Assembly (NCBI RefSeq): GCF_006345805.1 | Contig: NC_042997.1 | Coordinates: 165,974,001 to 166,038,000, forward strand | DNA length: 64,000 bases | DNA from: Octopus sinensis | Lineage: Eukaryota | Reading direction: 5' to 3' | Shown here: positions 25,473-40,500 of the stretch, one piece after another | How the letters are laid out: each line of letters begins with the position of its first letter | Position numbering within the stretch: the stretch's first letter is position 1 | The notes under the pieces: model-generated | The model's database searches: none | Told to the model about the DNA's origin: nothing | Seen by the model: the letters and a program-made list of their open reading frames with translations, nothing else | Position numbers and translations under genes: made by a program

Positions 25473-26486
25473 TCATACACATACAAACACAATACATACA
25501 CACATTCATACACACACACACACATATATTGGCTGAATAGCTTGCAGCACAGTGATGAATAAACCAATAGGCCATTGAGTTTTCTACTGAGTGTGATGTG
25601 GGGAGACATGCCTAAAAACATGGTTTCAGTTACCCGTTTATCTATTTCTAACGGATCAGAAGTGAAACACGTGTGCTGCCAGGGATAATTTACTGGGTAA
25701 TGATCTTACATAATTTATTAGATATCAAAGTCTTTGATCGTACATGGTCACTGATACTCTGATCGTAATAACACATATATCTCAGTTACGCACTGAAGTT
25801 ACCTTTAGAGCGAACTTTTGCAGGCCTAACACGCCTCTTAGTTTAACAGTCTTTTACAGAATTTACGCGGCTCCCTTTTTCCTCAATGTCCACTTTTCTT
25901 TACTTTTTCTTTTCAATACCCAGTTGCTGATGGAGACCAGTCACACAAATCTTAGCAGCCTGGTAAAGTTAGCAAAGCCAACGAGCACTGCTGTTTCTTC
26001 GTTGAATAACTTTAGTGAATAAACATAAATGAATCTCAATAAAAGCAGAACAACGATTATACAGTTTAAGAGTTAATGTATTAGAATTTCAAGAAAAAAG
26101 TTTAGTAAAAGAAATATTGATTTCAAATGTCAGAACAAGGACAACAGTTTTATGGAAGTGGGGTAAGTCGATTATATCGACCATAATGGTATTTAATTTA
26201 TCGATCCCGAAAGAACGAAAGGCAAAGTCGACCTGGGCAGAATCTGAACACAGAACGTAAAGACATACCACAAAGTATTTTGCTCAGCGTGCTAACGATA
26301 CCACCAGCTTACCACCTTGAAATGAAGCGCATATTAAAAAGGAAATATTAACAAAAGTATTTTTTGAAGGGTTCTCTTTCTCTTTTCTCTTTTACTTGTT
26401 TCAGTCATTTGACTGCGGCCATGCTGGAGCACCGCCTTTAATCGAGCAACTCGACCCCTCGACTTATTCTTTGTAAGCCCAGTACT

Positions 26487-26608
26487 TATTCTATCGGTCT
26501 CTTTTTGCCGAACCGCTAAGTGACGGGGACATAAACACACCAGCATCGGTTGTCAAGCAATGCTAGGGGGACAAACACAGACACACAAACATACACGCGC
26601 ACGCGCAC

Positions 26609-26696
<88 letters not shown>

Positions 26697-26786
26697 GTTT
26701 GTCCCCCTAGCATTGCTTGACAACCGATGCTGGTGTGTTTATGTCCCCGTCACTTAGCGGTTCGGCAAAAAGAGACCGATAGAATA
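26487..26786. repeat. Perfect 91-bp inverted repeat around a (CA)n spacer
   Basis: 26487-26577 is the exact reverse complement of 26696-26786. Confidence 0.9.
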
Positions 26787-27555
26787 TACGACAGGCTTCT
26801 TTCAGTTTCCGTCTACCAAATCCACTCACAAGGCTTTGGTCGGCCCGAGGCTATAGTAGAAGGCACTTGCCCAAGGTGCCACGCAGTGGGACTGAACCCG
26901 GAACCATGTGGTTGGTAAGCAAGCTACTTACCACACAGCCACTCTTACGTTATATGCAATTATATAACAAGATTAATTATAGGTGAAATATTATGAGGGG
27001 AATATCTTCACTGAAATATCACGTTGACTAGTGGGTGCCATGATTTGAGGCTTTACTTGCACGCGTACTAGCGAGTTGGGTGGGGTAACTTAATTTGTTT
27101 TCATTCTATACAATGACTTGCATTTCAACAGACATTAAACTATCATTTATTATATTTTATGAAAGAACGTTTTTGATTCACGTTTTCGTGGCCACATGAT
27201 TGGATAAATAAATAAATTCATTAAAAATTCAACTTGATGCATTGTGAATAATAATGCTTTCATAGTGTGGCACAAGGATACACACCCATAGCATTCAACT
27301 GGTTCTCACAAGTACTTATTTTAGCGACTACTGGTAATGCAAAATCTACTCAGACATTGGTTTCAAATTTTGATATAAGGCCAGTAATTTCAGGGGGAAG
27401 AGATAAGTCGTTTACATCGACCCAGAGCTCAACTGGTACTTATTTTATCTATCCCGAAAGGATGAAAGGTATAGTCAACCGCAGTGGAATTTAAGCTCAG
27501 AACGTAGAGAGGAACGAAATGTAGCTAAGAATTTTGCCCGGCGTGGTAACGATTC

Positions 27556-27968
27556 TTATTTCTTTATTGTCCACAAGGGGCTAAACATAGAGGGGACAAA
27601 CATGGACAGACAAATGGATTAAGTCTATTAAATCGACCCCAGTGCGTAACTGGTATTTAATTTATCGACCCGAAAGGATGAAAGGCAAAGTCGACCTCGG
27701 CGGAGTTTGAACACAGAACGTAACGGCAGACGAAATACCTATTTCTTTACTACCCACAAGGGGCTAAACACAGGACAAACAAGGACAGAAAAACGGATTA
27801 AGTCGATTGTGTCGAATCCAGTGCGTAACTGGTACTTATCTAATCGACCCCAAAAGAATGAAAGGCAAAGTCGACCTCGGCGGAATTTGAACTCAGAACG
27901 TAGCGGCCGACGAAATACTGCTAAGCATTTAGCCCGGCATGCTAACGTTTCTGCCAGCTCGCCGCCTT
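27556..27968 (-). mobile_element. Two tandem SINE family 1 copies
   Basis: Reverse-complement consensus occurs twice, joined at ~27740. Confidence 0.85.
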
Positions 27969-29045
27969 TACTCTACCCGAATATTGCAAGACATTCTCTT
28001 CAGCTCTCCTTCATCTCTGTCACACTCACTGTCTATATGCTGAATCTTAGGGCTAACTTCCATCTCTTCTATACTTCTCCCTCAAATATTTGTATATTGT
28101 TATATATTACTGGGAACTTATACTTCCTAATAGTTCATGTTCTCAACATAGTGAACTGAGTAAATGAGAGTCTAGTAGAAATTACTTTAGATTCATCATG
28201 GTGTTAACTACAGGATAAACAACATTCTAACCTTCAGCAAGAAAGTAAACACTTTCATGACTAGTTACAAAATTGCTGTAAAATAGGAAAGAACTTTCGT
28301 ATCTTATTCAAGACCACAGAACAGTTCCTCAAATACTCCGATAAAAATATAACACCAGATAATTCTAGGATTACGCTCTTGTAGTTGATAATGTAGATAG
28401 AAGTCTTAAGGGTTATATTTCTTTATTAATGTAATTTTCATTGGTTTTTTTTTGAAAAAAGGATTGTTATGCATTTAAGATCAATTCACTAACTAAGGTT
28501 AACTACTGTTCATAGAGGTCCATTTGAGTGGTCATCGCTTTGCTTCATTCAGGATTTTATTTCAGATTCCGACAATAATAAAAGAATTAAGATAAAGGAT
28601 GCAATGTATTGGCAGCGCCATTTGAGCTGCGGACAAAGTATTTCGCACTATTCGGCTATGTTTCTCTAATATTCTAAGTTCAAGTCTTTGTAAGATCTTC
28701 TTTGATTCTCAACCATTCAAGGTCGATAAAATAAAGTGACACGTACTGTAATTTGATATAACCAAATGCACACAGCCTCTTGCTGTTATGGAATCCCTGT
28801 GCCTATGTTATAATAGTTAAACCGTATGTAGATAACAAGTGCTAAAGTACATGCTAGGGGTGGAGGGAATTCAAGAAGCTGAAGGACACACGTGGGACAG
28901 AGAGAAAGAGAGAGATAGAGAGGAAGACAGGGAGTTAGAGAGGGCGAAAGAGAGAAACAATATAGAAAGAGTCACATATAGACAAGCAGAAACAACGAGA
29001 AGGAGAGAAACACAGAGAGAGAATAGAGCAAAAGAGAAAGAGAGG

Positions 29046-29076
<31 letters not shown>

Positions 29077-29493
29077 AGAAGATGGGGAGGGCAACATGAT
29101 TTTGGTGGATGATCAGTGAAAATAAAAGAGAAAAAAATCAGAATATTAATAATAAGAATTGAGGTGAACTGTACCCCCCTTACCACCATTTATCATTCTA
29201 CTCTTCCATCTAAACACCTAACTGTCCACCCACCCATCCACTATCTACACAATCATCCTTCTGTCCATTCATCCAATCAACTGACAGCCGGATATGTTTA
29301 CAGTTGCCACGTCAAAATTAAGACACACATAAATAAAGCGAAGGGCTGCTACCTTTTCATTGCAGAACCGAAACAAGAAGACTTGCTGTACACGTTCCAA
29401 GCCGGTTTATAATTAGAGGTTAGTCATTTGTTATTATTATTATACTTTATATTTAGACAGCATTAGCTTTCAATAACAATAGCGGACTTTAAT

Positions 29494-29494
<1 letters not shown>

Positions 29495-29532
<38 letters not shown>

Positions 29533-29539
29533 CATACAT

Positions 29540-29576
<37 letters not shown>

Positions 29577-29592
29577 ACACACACACACACAC

Positions 29593-29626
<34 letters not shown>

Positions 29627-29692
29627 GTATAATATATATCTGTGTGTATATATATGTATATATATATGTATATATAAATATATATATATAAT

Positions 29693-29723
<31 letters not shown>

Positions 29724-29850
29724 ATATAATATAATATAATATAATATATATATGTGTATATTATATATATATAATATATAAATATATACTTACATTCATA
29801 TATGTATGTATATATTATGCATGTATGTACACTCTTACACATACACACAC

Positions 29851-29920
<70 letters not shown>

Positions 29921-30060
29921 GAATATATAGAACATATTTAAGTATGCATGAATGTATATATATATATTGATATGTGTTTGTGTGTATGTGAGTAAATGTA
30001 TGTATGTATATATAGCCATATACAGCTATATATACATGTCCATTATGTGTGTGTGTATAT
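29495..30060. repeat. Compound (CA)n/(TA)n microsatellite tract
   Basis: Read directly. Confidence 0.9.
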
Positions 30061-30275
30061 AAATATGTACGCACGTGCGCACACATGCACACACATGCAC
30101 ACACACACAGACACGCACATGGAGGCGTGTCAATAATCGACTGTAAGGCACTGATGTTATTGGCGGGAAAATTAGATAACTGATGAAGGGTCCTTTCTCT
30201 ATGTTTACTTGTTCTGTTTTTACGTATATCATGTAGCTTGCGCAGTTGGCGAAGTCCTGTACCCATATATGCATG

Positions 30276-30323
<48 letters not shown>

Positions 30324-30324
30324 T

Positions 30325-30742
30325 CTCTCTTTTACTTGTTTCTGTCATTTGACTGCGGCCATGCTGGAGCACCGCCTTTAATCGAGCAACTCGACCCCGG
30401 GACTTATTCTTTTGTAAGCCCAGTACTTATTCTATCGGTCCCTTTTGCCGAACCGCTAAGTAACGGGGACGTAAACACACCAGCATCGGTTGTCAAGCAA
30501 TGCTAGGGGGACAAACACAGACACACAAACACACACACACAAACAAACACACACATACATATACATATATATACATATATACGACGGGCTTCTTTCAGTT
30601 TCCGTCTACCAAATCCACTCACAAGGCTTTGGTCGGCCCGAGGCTATAGTAGAAGACACTTGCCCAAGGTGCCACGCAGTGGGACTGAACCCGGAACCAT
30701 GTGGTTGGTAAGCAAGCTACTTACCACACAGCCACTCCTGCG
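30325..30742 (-). mobile_element. SINE family 3 composite with an internal (CA/TA)n
   Basis: Head ggctgtgtggtaagtagcttgcttaccaaccacatgg on the minus strand; related copies at 26395-26945 (-) and 51398-51555 (+). Confidence 0.8.
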
Positions 30743-31300
30743 CCTTATATATATATATATAATATTTTATAAGCTTAAAGTCTATAAGCGATTATTGTGC
30801 AATTACTACAGAAAATAGTCTAATAATGGACATATAAGACTTCGACGGAAAAAAAGTAGGTTTTCCATACGCATGGGACTCGAACCCATATCTCTTTGTT
30901 TTCACGACAAGTGTTCTAGCCTTTTACACCAACGCACAACCACACGCACACACGCAGACGCACATACACACACGTATGTATATATTTACACACACATTTA
31001 TTCACACATATAATACATACACCTTATGCATATGTATAGCTACACAAAATACCAATTAAAACAATCACCAGCTCGGCATGGTTGTATTTCTGACATTTAT
31101 CGGCAAAAGACTTACAAACCGTTGTCTTGTGACAAGAGAGAGTTTGCATAAGCATTCTCTTGCACTATCCCCACGTCCTTTACATAATCTCTTAGCCATA
31201 CTGGAATAGAAGCTTATCGAAAAATAAATTATACAAGATGGCAGAACAATGCGCTTTTCTCACTGGCCAACATTAGTTTCGCACTGGTATTGTACAGGTT

Positions 31301-31532
31301 AAGGCGGCGAGTTGGCAGAATCGTTTGCACGGCGGGCGAAATGCTTAGCGGTATTTCGTCTGCCGCTACGTTCTGAGTTCAAATTCCGCCGAGGTCGACT
31401 TTGCCTTTCATTCTTTTGGGGTCGATTAAATAAGTACCAGTTACGCACTGGGGTCGATGTAATCGACTTAATCCGTTTCCTGTCCTTGTTTGTCCCCTCT
31501 GTGTTTAGCCCCTTGTGGGTAGTAAAGAAATA
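31301..31532 (+). mobile_element. tRNA-derived SINE (family 1) with a 15-bp target-site duplication
   Basis: ggtattgtacaggtt at 31286-31300 and 31533-31547; core gcctttcatcctttcggggtcgataaa recurs in more than 12 places. Confidence 0.9.
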
Positions 31533-32734
31533 GGTATTGTACAGGTTCAAATACAAGCTAGTAATGTCCTCTGCTGATAGCGATCACTAATGCGTCATGC
31601 AGTAGAGATCCCTAAAGACAAAATGCGATATGAGGTGAATGTTTCCAATTGAGTAACTGAATGATAAAAAGTTTTGAATTTCAGCAAATTAATGGTTTCA
31701 GTTAATTGAATCAATTTATCCATTTGTCTACATATCCCCACATTTTCTAAATACGTTATGAGGTTCAGTTATTTCTCAATATTACACTGTTTAGCAAAAT
31801 TTTCATTTTCCTTTTGTCTTTGATCAATGTTATTTCTTATTTGCTTCTATCAAAGGAAATGACAATAGTCCCTTCAAATTGTGCTTTTGTGACCAGGACA
31901 CCAACGTTTTGAAACTGACCTATTTTCCATTGCGTTTCGGACAGATTCAGCGCTGAGTTGCGGTAGCAGATATATATCTTTGCAGCAAATATCTTGCTCA
32001 ATACTACAAATTTACTTGTCAGTTGCTTATTCTTAATCACTTGAGCATGGCCCTTCGAGGCTAACAATATGTGCATCTCTGATCATGAGCAGGAGTAGTG
32101 CGGTAGCTTTGAGAGAGATTCTTTGGGGTTTGAATATGTGAAACAAAAGCAAAATTTGAAAGAAATATTAGCCATTTTTCATATATGTACGTATATATGT
32201 ATGTGTGTATGTATGCATGAATGCATGTATGTATGTGTGCATGAATGAATGAATGAATAAATGAATGAAGGAAGGAAGGAAGATATATGTATTGTTCGGG
32301 CAGTGGTTTTATTTTCTGAATTCATCATCAATGGTAAAAAGAACTGGTTTTTAGCCCGAAGTGATACTCTCACCAAAATTTAGAGATTAAAAAAAGGTAG
32401 TCTTGTATGTATGTATGTATGTATGTATGTATGTATGTATGTATGTGTGTGCATATGTTCGTGTATACGTGTGCATGCATGTGCACGCGCGGTGTAGCAT
32501 TTAGTAAGAAATTTTAGTATTCTATAATGCCGCAGAGAGTGAGATGCCCTTTAGTTTATATTAAAGTATGTGTCCAGGAGAAAGTTACTCGGATATAAAA
32601 CCAACCCTTTGTGCAAGATCTCTAGCAACTGTCGAAGATTATGACATTCCTACACTCCCCACCCTGCAACCTTATTATCACAAGATGTTGTGACATGGAT
32701 GGCCACCTGATCATGTCAATGCGGGAAACCGGTC

Positions 32735-33225
<491 letters not shown>

Positions 33226-36200
33226 CTTTTTATTACATACATACATATTTATATACATACATATATACACACGTGCATACATACACCGACTTGAACTCTC
33301 TGAAGAACTAAAACAAAACTCAAAGAAAAGCATACGCATGCGCGCGCACGCAGACAGACACACACGCACACACACACACGCACACACACACACACACATA
33401 CACACACACACAACACACACACACACAACACACATATGTGCATCTCATTTTGTTTATGCGTTTGAGCACGTTTGCGTGTATGTATGTCGGCAGTTACTGT
33501 GATCACTGTTTAATTACTAACAGTAATTAAAGAGTAGCATACATTAACTGATCGAATCCATTAATCTGATATTGTTTCAATATTCATTAAAGAGATGTAG
33601 GTCGGAAGATGATAGAATGGGAAGAATGGCGAACGAAACGGCTCACGGCATTGAGTTAGGCTTCGTTTTGTATCCCTTTTTTTTTTTTTTGAAGATCTCG
33701 CCGGGTTTATGATGATAAGCTGGCAGAATCGTTAAGAGCGTGGAATGAAATGCTTTTGTGCTATAAATTCTGATAGATTCTGGCTTTTTATGTACCGCCG
33801 ATATTATGGGTGCCTAGCATCCTTTCGGGGGTCGATAAAATAAAGTACTACTCAAGAACTAGTGAGAGCGAATGTATTTAGTATATCGCCTTCCCTAAAA
33901 ATTGCTGGCCTTCTTCCTAAAAAAGAAATCAAGATCTTGTTAGGGTTGAGTGAGTGTTTCACTTTTCTCGGGATTCGATAAAAAGGACCTGCCAAATACT
34001 GAAGTTGATTTAAGTACATATGCCACAGCTCACTACCAACAAAACTTATGCGAGCCAATGAAATTCTAAAAGTAGTAATGAAATCTGCGAATTGTATATA
34101 TATATATATATATATAATATATATATATATATATGGGTGCATGCGAGTGTATATATGGGTGATTGCATATATTTATATCTGCAAGAGATTGTAGAATAGG
34201 TGTGTCGAGGGAAAATCACTAGTATTTGATTCTATCTATGATACGTCCCTTTACACCTGGACTTCACCGTTCCACGTTACGAGGCGATGAAATATCAGAA
34301 AAAGTTTTAGTGCCGATGCACCCCACCATTACCATACTGGTAAAAAGGATCCATTATTTATTAAAGGTGCCGATTGCTAGACATCAAAAAGTAAAAAAAC
34401 GCCTCGTATCATATTTAAATGCCAGTTCTGATTCTAACTGAAACCAGTTTATTTCTTTATCTACCGCCCTGTTTAACATCGCTACCTGTTTCTTTAGTGC
34501 CTTTAGGGAAGCTTACTCTGTTGCAAGTATGGAGCCAGATCCTAGAAATTAAATTCCTCTTTTCCTCCTACCGGTTCCTGAGACCTTAAGAAAGGACCAG
34601 AAAGCTCTGCACTTTCTCCCCTTGATAAATTGTTAAAACACGCAAATAATAACTTTCAAATGGGCATTCGGGCTACGTAGTAGTATTTTGTACATTTTTA
34701 CCTTCATGAAAAATCAATATTCGTGGAAATCGAAATTTTTTTTTTCTGAAGGGAAAATTCTATTATGAAGAAAAATCTATTATTTAGTTTGAATCATATG
34801 GTGTAAGTGTTTGTTGAAATTACGAGGCTATGTCAAATGAGAACGTGTAGTTACGCTTCTTTCCAATGTAACGCTTGCAGTAAATTTGAAGTCATTAAGT
34901 TTGGAAATACTATACGTTATCCGTTCATCCGGCCATATCAGTTTATGTGGAAAACTAATATAACTCGTTTCTCCAATAGACGGTAGCATATATTTTTAAA
35001 GAGCCTGCAACACAGATTTAATTTCCATGCAATTAGAATACACTTTTTATGTTTATGTTATTAGGTAAGGCATTGACTATTCAATTTTTTTTTCTAGATC
35101 CATTCTAAAGCTTCCAACTGGGTAAATAAAATTTCGTCATATTCATTTTCTTTAAGAAAGCCTATTTAAAAACATAACATTCATTGATTTCCTTATTTAT
35201 CCAGAAATCTACGAATCTATAAGAAAAAGGAATGAGATTTTGTAACTCGTACTTTTTTTTGTACACGTTTCATTCATTAATTGAAATCATATTAAAGTCT
35301 GAACTCGCTAACAGCTTATTTTCTTCTATAATAACCATCATAGGTGTTCATGCAGATAGAACCTGTTTTCCCAAATTAAAGAGGCGTTATCTGTCTCGTA
35401 TTACTACTACGTTAAGCCAGGGATACATAAATCTTCCCTTTCATTGGGCCCTGATCTACTGCAAGCAGCTCTCTCTCTCCAGGAGATAAAAAAATATTGT
35501 ACTCAGTATTGCAAGCTAATGAATAAGATTATATAATCAGTCACTTTTGATAATGAAGCTGCTGCTTTTAGCAGCGAGTTATGCACCTTAGTGTATCAGT
35601 TAAGATCCAATGAGGGAGTCTCTACGAAGTCGTTCGAATTTCAGACATAGCAGTTACATTTCTGAAAACGGGAGAAACATTAAGTGCATTATGTCTGGAA
35701 AGATGATAATTACAGTAGGAAAAACTTTGATCATTCGTTGATATATCAAGAATGATCTGAGCTAAATAATAGCAACAAAGAATGACATATGGGGAATACA
35801 GCCCATGATAAACTAGGAGAAAGTTTAGTTGGTAATGCAGGAATGTTTTTGGTCACATAACTTTTCAATCACGATTGACTGACCAGGGGTCGGAAACACA
35901 GCAGTTGATTGTTGGACATTCCATAGATTCATCCATCTAGTTCTAATACATACATTAAGAATACATAGTTAAAATATATGCTTAATCATTTTAATTAATT
36001 AATTATTCTAATGAATTGGAGACTAGATTAAATGTGAAATACCTTGAGTTAATGGCCCACGTATGAGTTTTAATTTTAGCAAAGCTTCTTCACAAGATAC
36101 CATATAAATCACTTCGATACAGAAGTTTTGCTATAAAATATTGCATAAATCACATTACAATAAATAAATAAACAATAATAGCAAAAACAAAACGTAATTT

Positions 36201-37440
36201 TAAAGTATTTTTACCAGCCAGCTAATTGAACTAGCGACATATGACATCACGAGTTTGCAACTACTTCTGGCCTGTTCTGGCAAGGTGACTTTTCATTTTA
36301 TCCTACGGTGCGTATCTATTAGTAAAGAAGAAGCAAGAAAACAATTAACAGATGTTAATGCTGGGAATTTAATAGATGGCAATCCAAAGATCTGGTCTTT
36401 GTGGTGATCTTTATAATAATTGTGAGAGTGGTAGTTATAAATAAAATAAGCTAAAGTCTTTCTTTTCTGCTCTTAGTAAAAATCAAGGCTGTTTAAAATA
36501 TTTTTATTCCAAGTATTTGTCATCGCTTGTCTGAAGAGGTAAGATGATGAAGAAAATTGAGGTTAAGGGATGATAATGTTCAATTTGAATCCGTACTGTC
36601 TTGTACACAGACGGAAATATAAGCTGGATTATTTCTAAGCGATTGCTATTTTGGGTAAGAATGTAGTAACATAATGATATGGAAATAATTGTTACTGCTA
36701 ATAATATTTAACCCTGCGTCACTCCTGATTAAGTCCACCTATGACCAAAGTTGTTCCAGCAACTGTGTCCATTTAATGTTGTTTATCATTAAAAAAAAAC
36801 AAAAAACAGTCCAATATATTCTTTGTTTATGATGATCGAAAGTGATTTGAAGGAAACTTGACAGTTTCTAGCAGGTCAAATAAGAATGCAGAGGTTTCTC
36901 TATATCTGATAATATTCCCACATATCCTAGTATCTATTCATGTTTGTTTTAACTACAGTGAATCGTCAGCGATATATATTAGATTTGAATTGCTAATCCA
37001 ATACCATATCAACTCTGCTAATAAGGTCCCTTATTTACAAGAAATACAGGATGGCCATAACTGAAACACCCTTGGTTACATGTTTGCTCGATCGAAGTTA
37101 ACTTGTAACTAAGCAACAATAAAAATAACGTCCTACGATATATCATTAGTAAAGATATGGTTTACTTTTCTATTTTATCATTACAAATGTCTTTAAAACT
37201 TTTTCCTTTTATCAGATTTTATCTCGACCCTCATAATCCTTGACTTTTCTGTATTTGACCTAAATTACATTCTTATTGATTAAACGTCCTTGTTACTCAT
37301 TTATTCTATTATTTTGTGTTTATTTTACTTTTAGAACTTCCTTTAAACAGTATTGTGTTGTTTCATTTTTGGACGATTATTCAGAAAGCCGAGTTAATTT
37401 TTGCATTCTTTCTTCTTTTTTTTTATTTTCAGCGAGAAAT

Positions 37441-37511
37441 ATGAAGATGAGATTAGCTATTTTATGGGCTTTGTCCATGGCCCTTTTTGCAAATGTGCAA
37501 GGAGATGAAAT
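37441..37511 (+). CDS. TEP coding exon 1 (signal peptide MKMRLAILWALSMALFANVQGDE)
   Basis: ATG followed by a hydrophobic leader; donor AT|gtattt, phase 2, matches the next exon. An acceptor ttttcag ends at 37432 just upstream. Confidence 0.8.
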
Positions 37512-40500
37512 GTATTTATCAAACTTTTTATCACTTTTTCTTTTCCCTTAACACATTATTTCCATCTATCAAGTGCTAGTATTTGCGAATGATACTATTC
37601 TTTCAACATTTAACGTTCTAATATCTGGAACTTATAAATATCCATACAATACCTACTCATCTCAATTTTGTAGAAGTGCCTTTAAATATATGATTACAGA
37701 TAAAGCAGTACAGTTCATGTTTTCAATCAACCAATATAAGCTATGTTTTAGCGAACAATATCTACTCGTTAATCTTAAAAGGTGGCTAAGGCGGCGAGTT
37801 GGTAGAATTGTTAGCATACCGGGCAAAGTGCTTAGCGACATTTCGATCGTCTTTAAGTTCTGAGTTCAAATTTCACCGAGGTCGACTTTGCTTTTTATCC
37901 TTTCGGGGTCGATAAAATAAGTACCAGTTGGGCATTGAGATCGGTGTAGTAGACTCATCCCTCGGCGAAATTACTGCCCTTGTGCCAAAATTTGAAATCA
38001 ATCTTAAAAGATGGTGAGATCATTCATGTATAATGAAAAAAATCTGGGAGAAAGACAACAGCAAAAGAGGAAAGTGTATTTGTCTTTCTGAAGACGACGG
38101 AGATGGTATTAACAGTTGAGAGTCGAATGAAATTCTTTTTCTCTTAATATCACCATAATAACTAAAATAAAATCTGTTGAGTTCGACATTTCAGCCATTG
38201 TCACTTAATTAGGATATAAGATTGATAAAATAATCAACCAATTGTATATTAGAATCGATTTCAATGAAATAATTATTTCTAACACTAATGACATTCAATA
38301 CACAGACTATAGCGAGGCACATGTCTGGGCAAGGTTGTTTATGGAAGACCAGCCTTCCTTCTCCACGACACTGATATTATCCAAAGGAGAAGACGATATA
38401 GCTTGCCACCAATGACATCGCCACTCATTTCTACAGCTGAGTGAACTGGAGCAACGTGGAATAAAGTGGTTTCCTCAAGAACACAAAACTCAGCCCGGTC
38501 CGAGAATCGAACTCACTATTTCATGACTGTGAGCCCGACGCTCTAACCACTGAACCATGCCTTCTCTTAATAGAAGCACTTCATAGAAGTACAAGTGCAA
38601 ATGTAATGTAAACTTATGAACAAGAATTTTCGGTTGCGTCCGTTTTGGCATTACTATATGAAAAGTAGACATTTGGTTAAAGCAAATGTTTTTTATTAGT
38701 GATCAGAAAAGGAGAATGATTTGACTAGTTTCAGTATGTATTATCGTTTCAACAGACATCGGTTATTCCCTTTCTGTCTACAGAGAAAATAATAACTTAT
38801 ACCTATTTATAGCATGTGTATGTGTGTGCGTGTTTAGGTGTGATTTTGAAAGTATTACGTCAAAAACTAATCTAAATAAGATAATGGGCTCAACACATCT
38901 ACTGTTAAACTTTACAAGAATTGCTTGTTAAAGTCTTATTTAAAATTAAACATTTCACAAAAATCTGTAGCCAGAAACTTTCACAAAGTCAGCGGTTTGC
39001 ATTCTGCCACCAAACCCCGTTGTATCTCTAACAAAACCGTATCTATTTTACCAATCTTGGATGGTCCCGCACATTTCATGTAGGTTTCTCCCTCAATCTA
39101 AAAGTAGTTAATATTGTCAAATACAGATGCAAGACCACCCATTTTGTAGGAGCGGAAGTCGACTTCACATCAGTATTATTTTATTGAACTCGTAAGATTT
39201 GAACCCCGAACGTGGAATGTGGCAAAGTATTTATTTCTAATGCTTTATTGTTTTGCCATTCAACCACTTTCGCGTTACTAACAAACAAAATATATTTTTA
39301 ATTCACTCCCCTGTGAAGTGTATATATATATATATATATCTTTTATAATAAACGTGAAATTCTGTCAGTCCGGGACGCCAGTATCACAGTATACATTTGC
39401 TCTACAAAGGCATATTATACCTTTTTGAAATCAGGATGATCCCAGGATTGAAAATCTGCCCTTCATTTGGTTCTTAAACATCTAGCATTGGGATCAGATC
39501 TGGATGAGGATTTGTTATATGGTAACAATTGAAAATTCAAATTTTAAAAGAACTCCAAAAATTCATTTAAACACAATTTAAAGTAATAACAAAACTGAAT
39601 TTTTAAAAAATATTTTCAATTCAGTTTATTTAAAACTAGACCCAAGTGAGAGTGAGAGGTTTCGTGTTCGTGAGGTATCGAAGTTCCACAGACTTTGTGA
39701 ATTGGAGCCCTCGGGGGGAAATATTAAAGAACTCGAACTTCTGCCAAAATCGGACTTTCGGTCCAAATCAGACTTTCGGCCCAAATCGGACTTCCGCCCA
39801 AATCAGACTTTCGGCTAGATCGGACTTCCGGTCGGATCGGACTTACGGCAGAGTCAGTTTATTCAGAGATTTGGATGCTGGAAGATTTTGCAACTTAGGT
39901 ACTGGATCAGGGAAATGGAAGCATTCAGCAAGACAGTAATGGAGGCATCACTTTTCCAAATGGCTGGGGCACTTTGGTCAAAACCGATGAGGAGTTGATT
40001 ACCAAGGTTTACCCATACATTGGACATAATTTTCAAGATCATCTTTGTGAAAGAGCCATGCTTGCACCAAAGAATGAAACTGATGAGGTTGTTAGTTGGA
40101 AACTTTTGCAGTCAATCAGTACTGAGGAAAAAAATTATTTCTCAATTGATACTGTTGTGGACTCCAATGAGGCTGTGTTTCTTAACTCTATGGATTCTCC
40201 TGGAATGCCTTCTTACAAACTGACATTGAAGAAAGGAGATTCAGTCATGCTTTTGAGAAATCTAGATCCTTTAAAACTGTGCAATAGAACAAGACTGATT
40301 GTCAGGCAAATGCATTCACATCTATTGAAAGCAACAATCCTCAATGGACAAGGAAAAGGAGAAAATGTGTTTATTCCAAGAATTCCACTTATTCCAGCAG
40401 ACATGCCCTTTGAATTCAAGAAACTTCAATTTCCAGTAAGAGTTACTTTTGCAATATCAATTAACAAAAGTTAAGGGCAATCACTGAAAATTGTTGGAAC

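Noticed and set aside
27707-28159. ORFs beginning MNTERNGRRNT or MNSEHNGRRNT (also 1737, 31299, 49136)
   Set aside because: They are recurrent reading frames of SINE family 1, not genes.
30148-30200. CTGATG..GAAA..CTGATGAAGGG cluster
   Set aside because: No consistent stem I or stem III could be formed.
32703-32738. CTGATCA...GAAACCGGTC motif
   Set aside because: G8 is substituted, stem II is absent and stem I does not pair.
39733-39849. Short repeat array as a possible CRISPR
   Set aside because: Units are contiguous with no unique spacers, the context is eukaryotic, and there are no cas genes.
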